Under the pieces are notes generated by a model. The model saw only the letters and a program-made list of their open reading frames with translations, did no database searches and had not been told where the DNA came from. 64,000 nucleotides of DNA from Thermoanaerobaculia bacterium (GTDB lineage: Bacteria > Acidobacteriota > Thermoanaerobaculia > UBA5066). Below, in pieces: positions 53,036-64,000 of this stretch (positions are counted from its first letter, which is position 1; each line of letters opens with the position of its first letter). Position numbers and translations under genes: made by a program. The stretch spans positions 160,001-224,000 of the forward strand of contig CAWFJJ010000029.1 of assembly GCA_963816185.1 (NCBI GenBank), given 5' to 3'.

Positions 53036-53605
53036 ATGATTGCGCCCGTGCCCGTCTTCGCCGTCCTCGCTCTTCTCGCCCAGCTCGTCTCTTCCCACGC
53101 CCCGACATTCGGCCCGGCTGCGACGCCGGCGCCTGCTTTTCCCGTGACGTCCGGCGGCGGTTTGACGTGGGCCGTGCCGAAGACCTGGCTGCCCGGGCCT
53201 TCGTCCGCGATGAGGCTCGCCACGTACTTCCTTCCCGCTTCGCCAGGCGACGCCGAAAAGCCCGAGCTGGCCGTCTTCTGGTTCGGGCCGGGCCAGGGTG
53301 GGAGCGTCGACGCGAACGTGGAGCGCTGGTTCTCGCAGTTCATGCCCTCCCCCGGCGATCCGAAGCCCACGCGCAGCCTGACGCGTATCGGCGCGCTGCC
53401 CGTGACGCTCGTGAAGGCGGCCGGTACGTATTCCTCGGGCATGGGGATGGGCGCCGCGCCTCTGCCCCAAAGCGGCTTTGCGCTCCGCGGTGCGATCGCC
53501 GAAGGGCCGGACGGAGCCGTGTTCTTCAAGCTCACCGGCCCGCGCCGGAGCGTCGCGGCGGCCGACAAGGCTTTCGACGCGCTCGTCGCGAGCCTCAAGC
53601 CCTGA
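53036..53605 (+). CDS. Secreted hypothetical protein
   Basis: Signal peptide; P..W..SAMRLATY, GGSVDANVERW..QF, FFKLTGP. Confidence 0.7.
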   Translation: MIAPVPVFAVLALLAQLVSSHAPTFGPAATPAPAFPVTSGGGLTWAVPKTWLPGPSSAMRLATYFLPASPGDAEKPELAVFWFGPGQGGSVDANVERWFSQFMPSPGDPKPTRSLTRIGALPVTLVKAAGTYSSGMGMGAAPLPQSGFALRGAIAEGPDGAVFFKLTGPRRSVAAADKAFDALVASLKP

Positions 53606-53686
53606 GAACCGACGCGATCGCGTCCCGTGTCGCTGGGGACATGAGGCCTCTTGACGGTCCCCGAGCCTTGACGAGGGACCCGATCT

Positions 53687-55297
53687 TCATCGGACGCCGA
53701 ACGTCGCGAGGAAGTACGTCGGGCCGGCCTTTCGCGCGACACCGTGGTCGGGGTTCGACGCGAGGTGCTCGAGGACCTTGAAGACCGTTTCGGTCTCGTC
53801 CGGCGCTCCGACGGAAGCCGCGATGCGCTCGGCCGTCCGGAAGACACTCCTCTCCCGGCGCAGATCCGCGAGGAGTCTCGCTTGCAGGGCGAGGACCTGG
53901 GCCGCGGCCTTCTTTCCAGCCTCGACTCCCGGCTGGTGATACGCGTTGATTCCCACGAGCTGCGCGTAGAGGCCGACCGTGCGCTCGTAGAGCGCGATGA
54001 GCATCCCGACAGAGCGCGAGGAAGCGTCGGGAATCGTGAGCGTGATCGAGCCGCGCCCGTTCTCGTGAAGCGCCTTCCGCGTGCCGAGAAGAAAGCCGTG
54101 GAGGTAGTCGCCCGAGGTGACGTCGGGCTCGACGGCAAGCGACGCGGCGGCGTTCTCGCGGTCGCACGCGACCTCGACGAACGTCACGAAGAAATTCGGC
54201 ACGCCCTCGCGGAGCTGCTGCACGTACGCGTGCTGGTCCGTCGAGCCCTTGTTGCCGTAGACGGCGATGCCCTGATGAACGACGTTTCCCTGGAGGTCCT
54301 TCTCCTTGCCGAGCGATTCCATGACGAGCTGCTGGAGGTATCGCGAGAACAGGAGGAGCCGGTCGCGGTACGGGAGGACGACCATGTCCTTCAGCCCTTT
54401 TCCGCCCGTCTCGCGGTACCACGCGAGCGCGAGCATCGCGGCCGGGTTCTTCGCGACGTCCGGAACGCGCGTCGCCTCGTCGCATTCGGCGGCGCCGGCG
54501 AGAAGGCCTTCCACGTCGAGGCCCTGGAGGGCCGCCGGGAGGAGGCCGACGGCGGAGAGCTCCGACGTTCGGCCGCCCACCCAGTCCCACATCGGGAATC
54601 GCGCGAGCCAGCCGTCCCGGACCGCCACGGAGTCCAGCTCGCTCCCCTCGCCCGTCACCGCGGCGGCGTGGCGCGAGAACGCGAGCCCGAGAGAGCGGTA
54701 CGCCTCTTTCGCCTCGAGCATTCCGTTGCGCGTCTCTTTCGTCCCCCCGGACTTCGAGATGACGACGGTGAGCGTGCCCGCGAGGCCGCCCGGCGTCGCG
54801 GCGATGCGGGCCAGCTCGCGTGCCATGCCGTCGGAGTCCGTGTTGTCGAAGAAGAACGGGCGCAGCGGATCGCGCGGCGAGCCGAGCGCGTCGGCCACGA
54901 ACTGCGGCCCGAGGGCCGAGCCGCCGATGCCGACGACGAGGAGGTTCGTGAAGCGCGCCGCCTTTTCGGGCGCGATCCGGCCCGCGTGGACGTCCTTCGC
55001 GAAGGCCAGGACGGAGGCGTGTGCCGTTTCGATCGCGCTTCGCGTCGCGGCGTCCGGGGCGCGCTCCGGCGCGCGCAGCCAGTAATGGCCCACGCGCCTT
55101 TTCTCGTCGGGATTTGCGATGGCGCCGGCCTCGAGCGCGTCCATCGCGGTGAAGGCCGAAGGAAATGCCGTCGTCACGAGCGGGTCGCGATGGAGAGCGT
55201 CGTCGGCCAGGGACGTCTTCGAGAGGTCGACGAGGAGCGAGAGCGACGGCACCTGGAGGGAGAGGGCCTGATAGCGCTGCCACGGGTGGAGGCTCAT
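53687..55297 (-). CDS. pgi: Glucose-6-phosphate isomerase
   Basis: [47 protein letters not shown]. Confidence 0.96.
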   Translation of the reverse strand: MSLHPWQRYQALSLQVPSLSLLVDLSKTSLADDALHRDPLVTTAFPSAFTAMDALEAGAIANPDEKRRVGHYWLRAPERAPDAATRSAIETAHASVLAFAKDVHAGRIAPEKAARFTNLLVVGIGGSALGPQFVADALGSPRDPLRPFFFDNTDSDGMARELARIAATPGGLAGTLTVVISKSGGTKETRNGMLEAKEAYRSLGLAFSRHAAAVTGEGSELDSVAVRDGWLARFPMWDWVGGRTSELSAVGLLPAALQGLDVEGLLAGAAECDEATRVPDVAKNPAAMLALAWYRETGGKGLKDMVVLPYRDRLLLFSRYLQQLVMESLGKEKDLQGNVVHQGIAVYGNKGSTDQHAYVQQLREGVPNFFVTFVEVACDRENAAASLAVEPDVTSGDYLHGFLLGTRKALHENGRGSITLTIPDASSRSVGMLIALYERTVGLYAQLVGINAYHQPGVEAGKKAAAQVLALQARLLADLRRERSVFRTAERIAASVGAPDETETVFKVLEHLASNPDHGVARKAGPTYFLATFGVR

Positions 55298-55336
55298 GGG
55301 GCAAGACTATCCTTCCCGGTGCGGACGGAGGTGGAG

Positions 55337-56308
55337 ATGGCGGCTCGGAAGCAGGGTGAAATCACCCTCGGGATCGATCTGGGCGGGTCGAAGATCCTCG
55401 CGGGCGCCGTGGACGGTGCGGGAAGGATCGTCGGGCGCGGCAAGCTCAAGACCCCATTCGAGAGCGGTGCGGCGGTTCTCACGGAGGCGCTCGTCGAGGC
55501 TTCCGACCTTGCGCTGAAGGAGGCCGGCGCCTCGCGGGAGCGCGTGAGCGCGCTCGCCGTGGCGGGCCCCGGCGCCTTGGACACGGAGAAGGGCGTGATG
55601 ATTCGCGCAGGTAACCTCGCGGTGAAGAACTGGAACGCCGTCGGGGCGCTGGGCGGGGCGTTCCCGAAAGCGCGCCGGCGCCTCGGACACGACGTCCGTC
55701 TTGCGGCTCTCGCGGAGGCACGGCTCGGCGCCGGGCGAGGCGCGTCCACGATGGTCGCTGTGTGGGTCGGCACGGGCGTGGGCGGCGCCGTCATCATCGA
55801 CGGGAAGATCCACGAGGGCCGGAACCGCAACGCGGGCGAGATCGGTCAGATCCAGATCGATTTCCGGCGAGCCGAGCCCGGCAAGCCCAACGGAACGCTG
55901 GAAGGCATCGCTGCCAAGGTCGGGATCACGGCGTGGCTGAGAAGGAGGATCGCCAGAGGCGAGAAGACCTGCCTCGAGAAGGCCGTCTCGAAGAATGACG
56001 CGCGGCTCAAGGGCTCGCAGCTCCGCGAGGCCGTCGAGGCGAAGGACCCTCTCGCGCTGCGCGCACTCGCCCGCTCTGCGAAGGCCGTCGGCGTCGCGAT
56101 GGCGAACGTCTTCAATGTCTTCTCACCCGATCTCTTCGTCCTCGGGGGCGGCGTGGCGGTGGACGTCGGCGCCACGTATCTCGCCGACGTGAGGAAATGG
56201 GCCGAAGCGTTCGCGTTCACCCAGGAGCTCGGGAAGCTCCGGGTCGAGCCGGCCGCGCTGGGAGATGACGCGGGCGTCCTCGGGGCCGCGCTGTACGCAC
56301 GCGAATAG
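55337..56308 (+). CDS. ROK-family sugar kinase (glucokinase-like)
   Basis: GIDLGGSK, GTGVGG, AGEIG, LGGG, LGDDAG..GAA. The usual Cys/His zinc motif is not evident. Confidence 0.88.
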   Translation: MAARKQGEITLGIDLGGSKILAGAVDGAGRIVGRGKLKTPFESGAAVLTEALVEASDLALKEAGASRERVSALAVAGPGALDTEKGVMIRAGNLAVKNWNAVGALGGAFPKARRRLGHDVRLAALAEARLGAGRGASTMVAVWVGTGVGGAVIIDGKIHEGRNRNAGEIGQIQIDFRRAEPGKPNGTLEGIAAKVGITAWLRRRIARGEKTCLEKAVSKNDARLKGSQLREAVEAKDPLALRALARSAKAVGVAMANVFNVFSPDLFVLGGGVAVDVGATYLADVRKWAEAFAFTQELGKLRVEPAALGDDAGVLGAALYARE

Positions 56309-56329
56309 CCTCTGGCACAATCGCCGGGT

Positions 56330-57079
56330 ATGGGCTGCACCGGCTGCTCCCTCGGAACCTCCACGAACCCGGGCGGGAATTACGTCGGGGTGCGCCTCGC
56401 CGACGCGATGGACGGAAAGACCGCGCTCGTATTCACCGGAGAGGTCGCCGTCAAGCCGGGCGAGCGCATCATCGTGGAAGCCGAGAACGGCCCCGAGTTT
56501 GCCGAGGTCACGACGACGACCCCGGTCCTCGCGAAGGCGTGCTCTTCGAAGAAGGCGAAGCGCTTCCTGAGGCTCGCGTCCGACTCGGAGTACGCCGACT
56601 ACGTCGAGAGGGTCGAGCTCCAGGACGCGGGCCGCCTCTTCGCCGACGCGGCGGTTCTCGAGCTGAATCTGGACCTCCACATCGTCAAGTGCGCGATCGG
56701 CTTCGACCGGCGGCGGATGACGGTGCTCTACACCTCCGAGAAGAAGCCCGAGACGCGGGAGCTCGCCCGAAGGATCTCGGACCGCTTCGAGATCCGCGTC
56801 GAGATGAAGTCGATCGGCGTGAGGGACGAGACGAAGCTGATCGGCGGCATCGGGTCGTGCGGCCTGACGCTCTGCTGCTCGACCTGGCTCAAGAGCTTCC
56901 ATCCCGTGGCCATCAGGATGGCCAAGATGCAGGGCCTCACCCCGAACCCCTCGAAGCTCACGGGCCAGTGCGGGCGCCTGAAGTGTTGTGTCGCCTACGA
57001 GCTCGAAGGCGGGATCGAGGCCGCGCGCCGGATGAGCCACGGGGGCGACCGGGCACGCTCCGCCCCGCCCGTAGCCTGA
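56330..57079 (+). CDS. ricT: PSP1-domain regulatory Fe-S protein (RicT/YaaT-like)
   Basis: [27 protein letters not shown]. Confidence 0.85.
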   Translation: MGCTGCSLGTSTNPGGNYVGVRLADAMDGKTALVFTGEVAVKPGERIIVEAENGPEFAEVTTTTPVLAKACSSKKAKRFLRLASDSEYADYVERVELQDAGRLFADAAVLELNLDLHIVKCAIGFDRRRMTVLYTSEKKPETRELARRISDRFEIRVEMKSIGVRDETKLIGGIGSCGLTLCCSTWLKSFHPVAIRMAKMQGLTPNPSKLTGQCGRLKCCVAYELEGGIEAARRMSHGGDRARSAPPVA

Positions 57080-57176
57080 GGGACTTTCGGGGCCTCGCTT
57101 TTCTGCCGAAGCGCGGAATAGACTCCCCCTCAAGTTCGTTTCCCGTCTCATGGGTCCCCCAAGAGGAGTCCTCGAC

Positions 57177-57617
57177 ATGGCTTCGGTGAAAAAGCCGCCG
57201 ACCCCAGCAGAGCCCTCCGCCCCCGCGGATGGAGCAGCCGAGCTGGGCCCACGGAAGCTCATCCGGCCCTCGTTGGCCCGCGTCCTGCGCGACCAGGGCG
57301 TTCCATCGCGCGGCCCTTCGTCGCGAAAAATGGTCCCCCCGGAGCAGACGAACGCAGAGGCGTACTACTACCTCAAGCAGATGCAGAGCAAGACGCCGAT
57401 CGTCGTCCGCCTCGTGGACGGCGAGGAGCTGCGCGGCTGGATCGAGTGGTACGACAAGGACGTCATCAAGCTGAACCGCGAGCACGGACCGAACCTGCTC
57501 ATTCCGAAGCGCTCCATCAAATACCTCTTCAAGGAAGAGGAGGAGCGCATGCACAAGAGAAGATTTCGCCCGCCGGGGACGCCCTCCCCCGAGGGGAACT
57601 CCGGGACTCCGGCCTGA
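57177..57617 (+). CDS. Hfq-like (Sm/LSm) RNA-binding protein
   Basis: TP.VV.L.DGEEL.G.IE.YD..IK..NLLI.K.SIKY fits Sm1/Sm2; GAGGAG RBS. Confidence 0.75.
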   Translation: MASVKKPPTPAEPSAPADGAAELGPRKLIRPSLARVLRDQGVPSRGPSSRKMVPPEQTNAEAYYYLKQMQSKTPIVVRLVDGEELRGWIEWYDKDVIKLNREHGPNLLIPKRSIKYLFKEEEERMHKRRFRPPGTPSPEGNSGTPA

Positions 57618-57665
57618 TCCCGGCGTCGCCTTCAAATGTCGGGACGCCGGGCTAGACTCGGGCCC

Positions 57666-59075
<1,410 letters not shown>

Positions 59076-59078
59076 GGC

Positions 59079-61758
59079 TCAGGGCATGCCTGCTTCGCGC
59101 GGGCGGAAGACCCAGAATTCTCCGCGCGACCCGAGGCCCATGCCGAGGACGAGTCCGCCTCGGCCCCAGGCGGTCGCCACGATTTCGCCGTCGTAGCTGA
59201 CGGGCACGGCCGTGACGCTGCCCGTTGTCGGATCGAGGAGCGCCGGAACCGGAGCCCACGAGCCCTGGGAGATGGCCGCGACGAGAATCCGGCGGTCGGG
59301 GCCGACGGCCCCCTGCGCGAGCGGCGCCGGACGCGATCTTGAGGGGTCCGGTCACGGGGATCGGAGTCTCGGCGTTCGTCGCAAGAACCACGCGGACGAG
59401 CTGTACGCCGGAAGCCGCATCGCGCTGGACCACGACCTCGTCGGCCGTCGGGTCACCTGCAACACCGTGTCCCGCGCAAAGGGGCTTCGTCTTTCCGGTC
59501 GCAGCGTCGAGGGAGGAGATGGTGCCCCCGTCCGCGAAAAAAAACGTCTTCCCGTCACGGGACGCGGCGAGCGCCGCCGGGACCGTCCCCTTGGGAAGAG
59601 CGTACCTCTTGAGAAGCCGCCCGTCGGCGATGGTGGCGATGCCGAGCTGCGGAGGTGCGCCCGAGGCTCCCGTGAGAAAAGCCACGACCCCTGAAGGCGA
59701 GAGGGCGACCGGAGGGAACGCCGCCTCCGAGGAGCCCAGAAAGGGCCGGAGCTCGCCTTCGGCTCCCGTGACGAGAAGCTGCCGGCGGCCGGCCACGACC
59801 CCCGGCACGAGGAGGCGGCCGTCCGGGAACTCGACAGGCGTCATCGCGAGGGCCGCGGGCATCTCGGCAAGCCGCTCCGGCGCGCCCCCGGACGTGGGAA
59901 AGCGCAGCAGGTCGCCAGCGCTCTCGGCGAAACCCACGTAGAGCGTGCCGCTCTCTCCCTCGACGAGGTAGCGGGGACGCGCCGCGAGGGTGAGCAGCGT
60001 CTGAACGGCGCTGCCGTCGCGCGACACCGAAACGATGCGGTGGAGGTCGCCGGCCTGCACGCGCGCGAGCACGTGACGGCCGTCGCGCAGCGGAAGGAAC
60101 GGGGGCGCGAGGCTCACGTCGGGCAGGAACGTCGTCACGGCGCCCGTCTCGAGATTCAGGAGGTGCGTGCGCCTCCCGCCCGCGTCCTTCTCTCCGGCGA
60201 AGCGCCCCCAGACGAGGATGTCGCGTCCGTCCGGCAGGAGGCGCGCGAGAAGGTCGGGCGAATCGGGCAGGACGGGCGGGCCCACGGCTTTCTGGGTTCC
60301 CGTGTCGGGCCAGAACCTCGCGAGTACGAAGCGGTGCTCCTCGTCGAGCTTCACGACCAGAAGGCTCCCATCGGGCAGCGGCTCCGGCCCCTGAACGCCC
60401 TCGAGGACGAGGCGCTCGTCGCCTCCGAGCGAGGGGATACTGAAGACTCCGCGCGGCACGTCCGTGACACGGTCGAAAAGGAGGCGCGAGCCGTCCCTGG
60501 ACCATTCGACTCGATGCACCGAACCCGCGTCGCTCCGCCTGGTGAGGACGGTCCAGTCCCCCGAGGAGGGGTCCATGACGGCGACCTGGGCGAGGCCTCC
60601 CACAACCGTGAGGAAGGCGATGCGGCGCCCGTCCGGCGAGCCCCGTGGCGCGAGGACGCGTGTCGACCCGCCCATCACGAGAGAACCCGTCCAGCTCGGC
60701 GCGGGAGCGTCGCTCACCTCGCGCCTCAGCCAGTAGCCGAATCCCGCGCCGGCCGCGGCGATTGCGAGGATGCCCAGTGTCGCCAAGAGGATGCGGCCCG
60801 CGTGGCGCCCGAGCGGGACGGCCTTGTCGGCGGGTGCGGCTTCCGACACTGCCGTGGACGTCGTGCCGGAGGCCGAAGGCGCGATCCTCAGGCTCTCGGT
60901 CCCGAACAGGCCGTCCGTGTTGAGCTGCATCTGCTTGAGATCGCGAGCGAGGTCTCGCGTCGAGGCGTACCGCTCGTCCGGGTCCTTCGCGAGGCAGCGT
61001 TCGATGATCCAGCGAACGGGGGCGGGAAGGCGGGGCGCGAGGGCCGCGAGCGGCTCCGGCTCCTCGCGGATGACGGCCGCGAGCGTCTCCGCCGCTGTCG
61101 CGCGGTCGAAGGCCCGCTTACCCGTCGCAAGCTCGTAGAGGATCAGGCCCGCCGAGAACTGGTCCGAGCGGAAATCCACGATGCGGCCGGACGCCTGCTC
61201 GGGGGACATGTACGATGGCGTGCCGATGACGATTCCCGTCGCGGTGAGGAAGGGCGTCTCCGGGTTTCCGAGCCGCGCATCCGACAGCTTGGCAATTCCG
61301 AAGTCGAGGATCTTCAGGAATCCGTCCGCCGAAACCATGAGATTCTCCGGCTTCAGATCCCGGTGGACGATGCGCACGCCGTGGGCACGCGCGAGCCCGT
61401 CCATGAGCTGCGCGCCGAGATCCACGAGGCGGCGGACGGGCACGGGACCCTCCGAGAGGATCTCCCGCACCGTCTTTCCCGCGATGAGCTCCATCGCGAG
61501 GTACGGCACGCCGGCGGCCTGCCCGATCTCGTAGATCGTGACGATGCTCGGATGGTTCAGCGCGGAAGCCGCGCGCGCCTCCTGCCCGAACCGAATGAGC
61601 CCCTCGCGGTCCGACAGGAGATGAGGGGACAGGACCTTCAGGGCGACGTCCCGGCCGAGCCGGCTGTCCCTGGCGCGATAGACCTCGCCCATCGATCCCG
61701 ATCCCAGCGGGGCCTGGATCTCGAAAGGACCGAGACGCGTTCCGTTGGTGAGGGGCAC
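59079..61758 (-). CDS. Hanks-type Ser/Thr kinase with TM and TolB/WD40-like C-terminal region, frameshift near 59330
   Basis: VALK, HRDLKPEN, DFG, YMSPEQ. The alternative frame after KIA reads PAPLAQGAVGPD..EFWVFRPREAGMP-stop at 59079 and removes the overlap with the M20 gene. Confidence 0.88.
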
Positions 61759-61825
61759 TGGCGAAAGGATACGTCAGCGGTCCGGCCACGAAAGGCCGAC
61801 GACGCCGGACGCGAGCGGGTCTTCC

Positions 61826-63168
61826 TCAATCGGGTTTCTTGACGACCTTCCCGCGCGAGATCACCGCAACCGTCTTCTCCGTCGTCTTGATGTTGTTGAG
61901 CGGGTCGCCCGCCACGGCCACGAGATCGGCGGCACAGCCGGGGGCGAGGCAGCCCAGCGTGCCCGACTGTCCGAGAAGATCGGCCGCGACGACGGTCGCC
62001 GAGCGAAGCGCGTCCCACGGGGTCATGCCCCACGCGACCATGAAGGAGAACTCCTCGGCCTCGTTCCGCTTGTCCCAGTCGAACCCGCCCGCGTCCGTTC
62101 CGAACGCGATCGGCACTCCGGCTTTGTAGGCCCTCTTGAAGGAGTCCTGCGAGGCGGCCCAGAGCTGGTCCCAGATCGGGTTCGTCTTCGACCGCGGGCC
62201 TTTCACGAAGTCCGAGACCGTGATCGTCGGGCAGTACGGGACCTTCCTTGCAACCATCGCCTTGACGGTGTCGTCATCCAGCACGTCCCCGTGCTCGATC
62301 GAATCCACTCCGGCCGAGAGCGCGATGCGATGGCCTGACGGCGTCATCGAGTGGGCCGCGACCTTCTTCCTCAGCTTGTGCGCTTCCTCGACGATGGCCT
62401 TCATCTCCTCGGGCGTGAAGTTCGGAATCGCGGCCCAGCCGCCGTCCGGTGTCCGGTAATAGCTCCGGTCCGCGTAGACCTTGATCCAGTCGACGCCGTT
62501 CTGGACCTGGAAGCGCACGGCCTTGCGACACTCGTCGGGCCCGTCGCACTTCAGGATCGCCGTCGGGCATCTTCCGCTCCCACGAGTAGCCGAGGAGCGG
62601 ATAGCCGCCCGTGACGTTCATCGCGGGACCCGCCGCGAAGACGCGCGGCCCCGGAAGGATGCCGCGTTCGAATGCTCGTCTGAGATCAACGTCTGCGAAT
62701 CCCGCGCCTTCGGTCCCGAGGTCGCGCACGGTCGTGAAACCGTGGTCGAGGGCGATGCTCGCGGCTTTGGCGGCGCGCAGGGCCCGATAGGGGCCCGATT
62801 CGAAGAGCACCTGCTCGTCGTATTCGGCCGACGTCGCGTCGCCCTGGAGCAGGAGGTGCGTGTGCGCGTCGATGAAGCCGGGCAGACAGGTGTAGGCGGA
62901 GAGGTCGAGGACGGAGGAGAGTGAACCGGGTGATACGGGAGAGTTCTTAGAGGGTGAAGAGGGCGCGCCCGCGGCCGAGCCGCCCGAGTTCGCGACGCGC
63001 GTCACTCTCCCACCTTCTAAGAAAATCTCCACGTTCGCCTTCGACGTGCGGCTGCCGGGATCGAGAAGAGTCCCGCACCGGACGACCAGCGGGCGCCTCG
63101 GCGGCGACGAGACTCGTGGCGGCGAACGCCGGGGCGGCGAGAACCAGCAGAAGATCCCTCGTTCGCAT
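61826..63168 (-). CDS. Secreted amidohydrolase (Xaa-Pro dipeptidase-like), frameshifts near 63090 and 62555
   Basis: PGFIDAHTH, GFTTVRDLG, DWIK, AAH, SIEHG, FGTDAG, ADL split over three frames. Confidence 0.85.
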
Positions 63169-63207
63169 TTGACGGAGCCTCCGTTCCAACGCAGGATGCC
63201 CGGGATT

Positions 63208-63774
63208 ATGAGCCGCGTCGGCGATCTGAGGCAGGCCCGGGAACGCATGGAGGCGGTGAGGGCCGAGATCTACGCGACCGTGTCCGGAAAGTCCGACTCC
63301 GAGCTCCTCTGCCCGCCGGCCGGCGGCGGCTGGTCGGCCGCGGAGGTTCTCGATCACCTCCGGGCGGCGGAGGGCTCGCTCGTGAGGGCGCTTAGGAAGT
63401 TCGAGAAGGGCGAGCCGACGCGCGTACCGAAGCTGGCGTGGTGGTATCGCGTGCCGATGTCGCCGTTCTTCTGGCGCATCCGGTTCACGGCGCCGAAGCT
63501 CGTCAGGCCGCGGCCGCGCGCCGAGGTGAATCCGGGAGAAGTGCTCGAGGCGCTCCGGACGTCGCGCCGGGAGCTCTTCGCGATCGCCGACCGAATGGGA
63601 GAAGAACGCTTCGCGGCGATGATCTTTCCGCACTTCCTCCTCGGGCGCTTCAGCGGCGTGACGTGGTTCCGTTTCATCGGCAGCCACGAGACGAGGCACC
63701 TCGGCCAGCTACGCCGCGTCCTCGCTGGCTCGAAGGTCCTCCGCTGCGCGCCTGCGTCCGGGCGGATCTCCTAG
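63208..63774 (+). CDS. DinB/YfiT superfamily protein
   Basis: WSAAEVLDHL, HFLLG, HETRHLGQ metal-binding His pattern. Confidence 0.85.
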   Translation: MSRVGDLRQARERMEAVRAEIYATVSGKSDSELLCPPAGGGWSAAEVLDHLRAAEGSLVRALRKFEKGEPTRVPKLAWWYRVPMSPFFWRIRFTAPKLVRPRPRAEVNPGEVLEALRTSRRELFAIADRMGEERFAAMIFPHFLLGRFSGVTWFRFIGSHETRHLGQLRRVLAGSKVLRCAPASGRIS

Positions 63775-64000
63775 CGCGCGCCGCGGCCGGTCAGGACGGT
63801 CGGAATCGTGCGGAGCAGGATCTTCGCGTCGAGGCCGAGGCTCCAGTTGTCGATGTAGGCGAGGTCGAGGCTCATCCACTCGTTGAACTCGGCGATCTCG
63901 TTCCGCCCCGACACCTGCCACAGGCCGGTGACGCCGGGCTTCATCGAGAGGCGGCGCCGCTGCCATCTCTCGTAGCGCGCGACCTCTTCGGGAAGGGGCG
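63771..64000 (-). CDS. Priming sugar transferase (WcaJ/WbaP-type) C-terminus, partial
   Basis: RP..E..RRL.MKPGVTGLWQVSGR..LDLAYIDNWSL.LD.KIL..T-stop at 63771. Confidence 0.92.
   Translation of the reverse strand, partial: PLPEEVARYERWQRRRLSMKPGVTGLWQVSGRNEIAEFNEWMSLDLAYIDNWSLGLDAKILLRTIPTVLTGRGAR

Noticed and set aside
63208-63774. Second DNA polymerase IV
   Set aside because: This is the unrelated DinB/YfiT four-helix family; the similarity is in name only.

Overview
High-GC bacterial DNA with no rRNA, tRNA, CRISPR array or transposase that I could see. Gene content (Oar-like TonB receptor, Hfq-like Sm paralog, Ser/Thr kinase with a propeller-like tail, LytS/LytTR pairs) suggests Acidobacteriota; this is an inference. 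About 46 real CDS are present, and most long ORFs in the track are GC-rich antisense shadows. Main blocks: (1) an octaheme HAO-family cytochrome c with an epsilon-Hao-like signature; (2) a dispersed cell-surface glycosylation island (2.0-8.2, 18.5-24.5 and 27.3-37.4 kb) with six polytopic GT-C-type genes (TIGR03663-like, two DUF2298/YYY proteins, three ArnT/PMT_2-like with or without PA14), a GT2, two paralogous SGNH proteins, NHL propellers and an FAD oxidoreductase, arranged as four divergent pairs; (3) a LytS - secreted JAB/MPN protein - LytTR - Cys-rich TonB receptor module with 21-bp-spaced repeats upstream of the receptor; (4) a Rieske plus cytochrome b/c operon; (5) a second LytS/LytTR with a LiaF-like gene; (6) SAM-I riboswitch - yitJ - metH; (7) purD, an unannotated PrdB/GrdB-like selenoprotein (in-frame UGA, UxxC, SECIS-like hairpin), pgi, ROK kinase, ricT, Hfq-like, M20 peptidase, Ser/Thr kinase, amidohydrolase and a partial priming sugar transferase. 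Four genes carry small frameshifts that look like long-read errors. Many genes appear to be leaderless. All family assignments are from motif recognition, not database searches.
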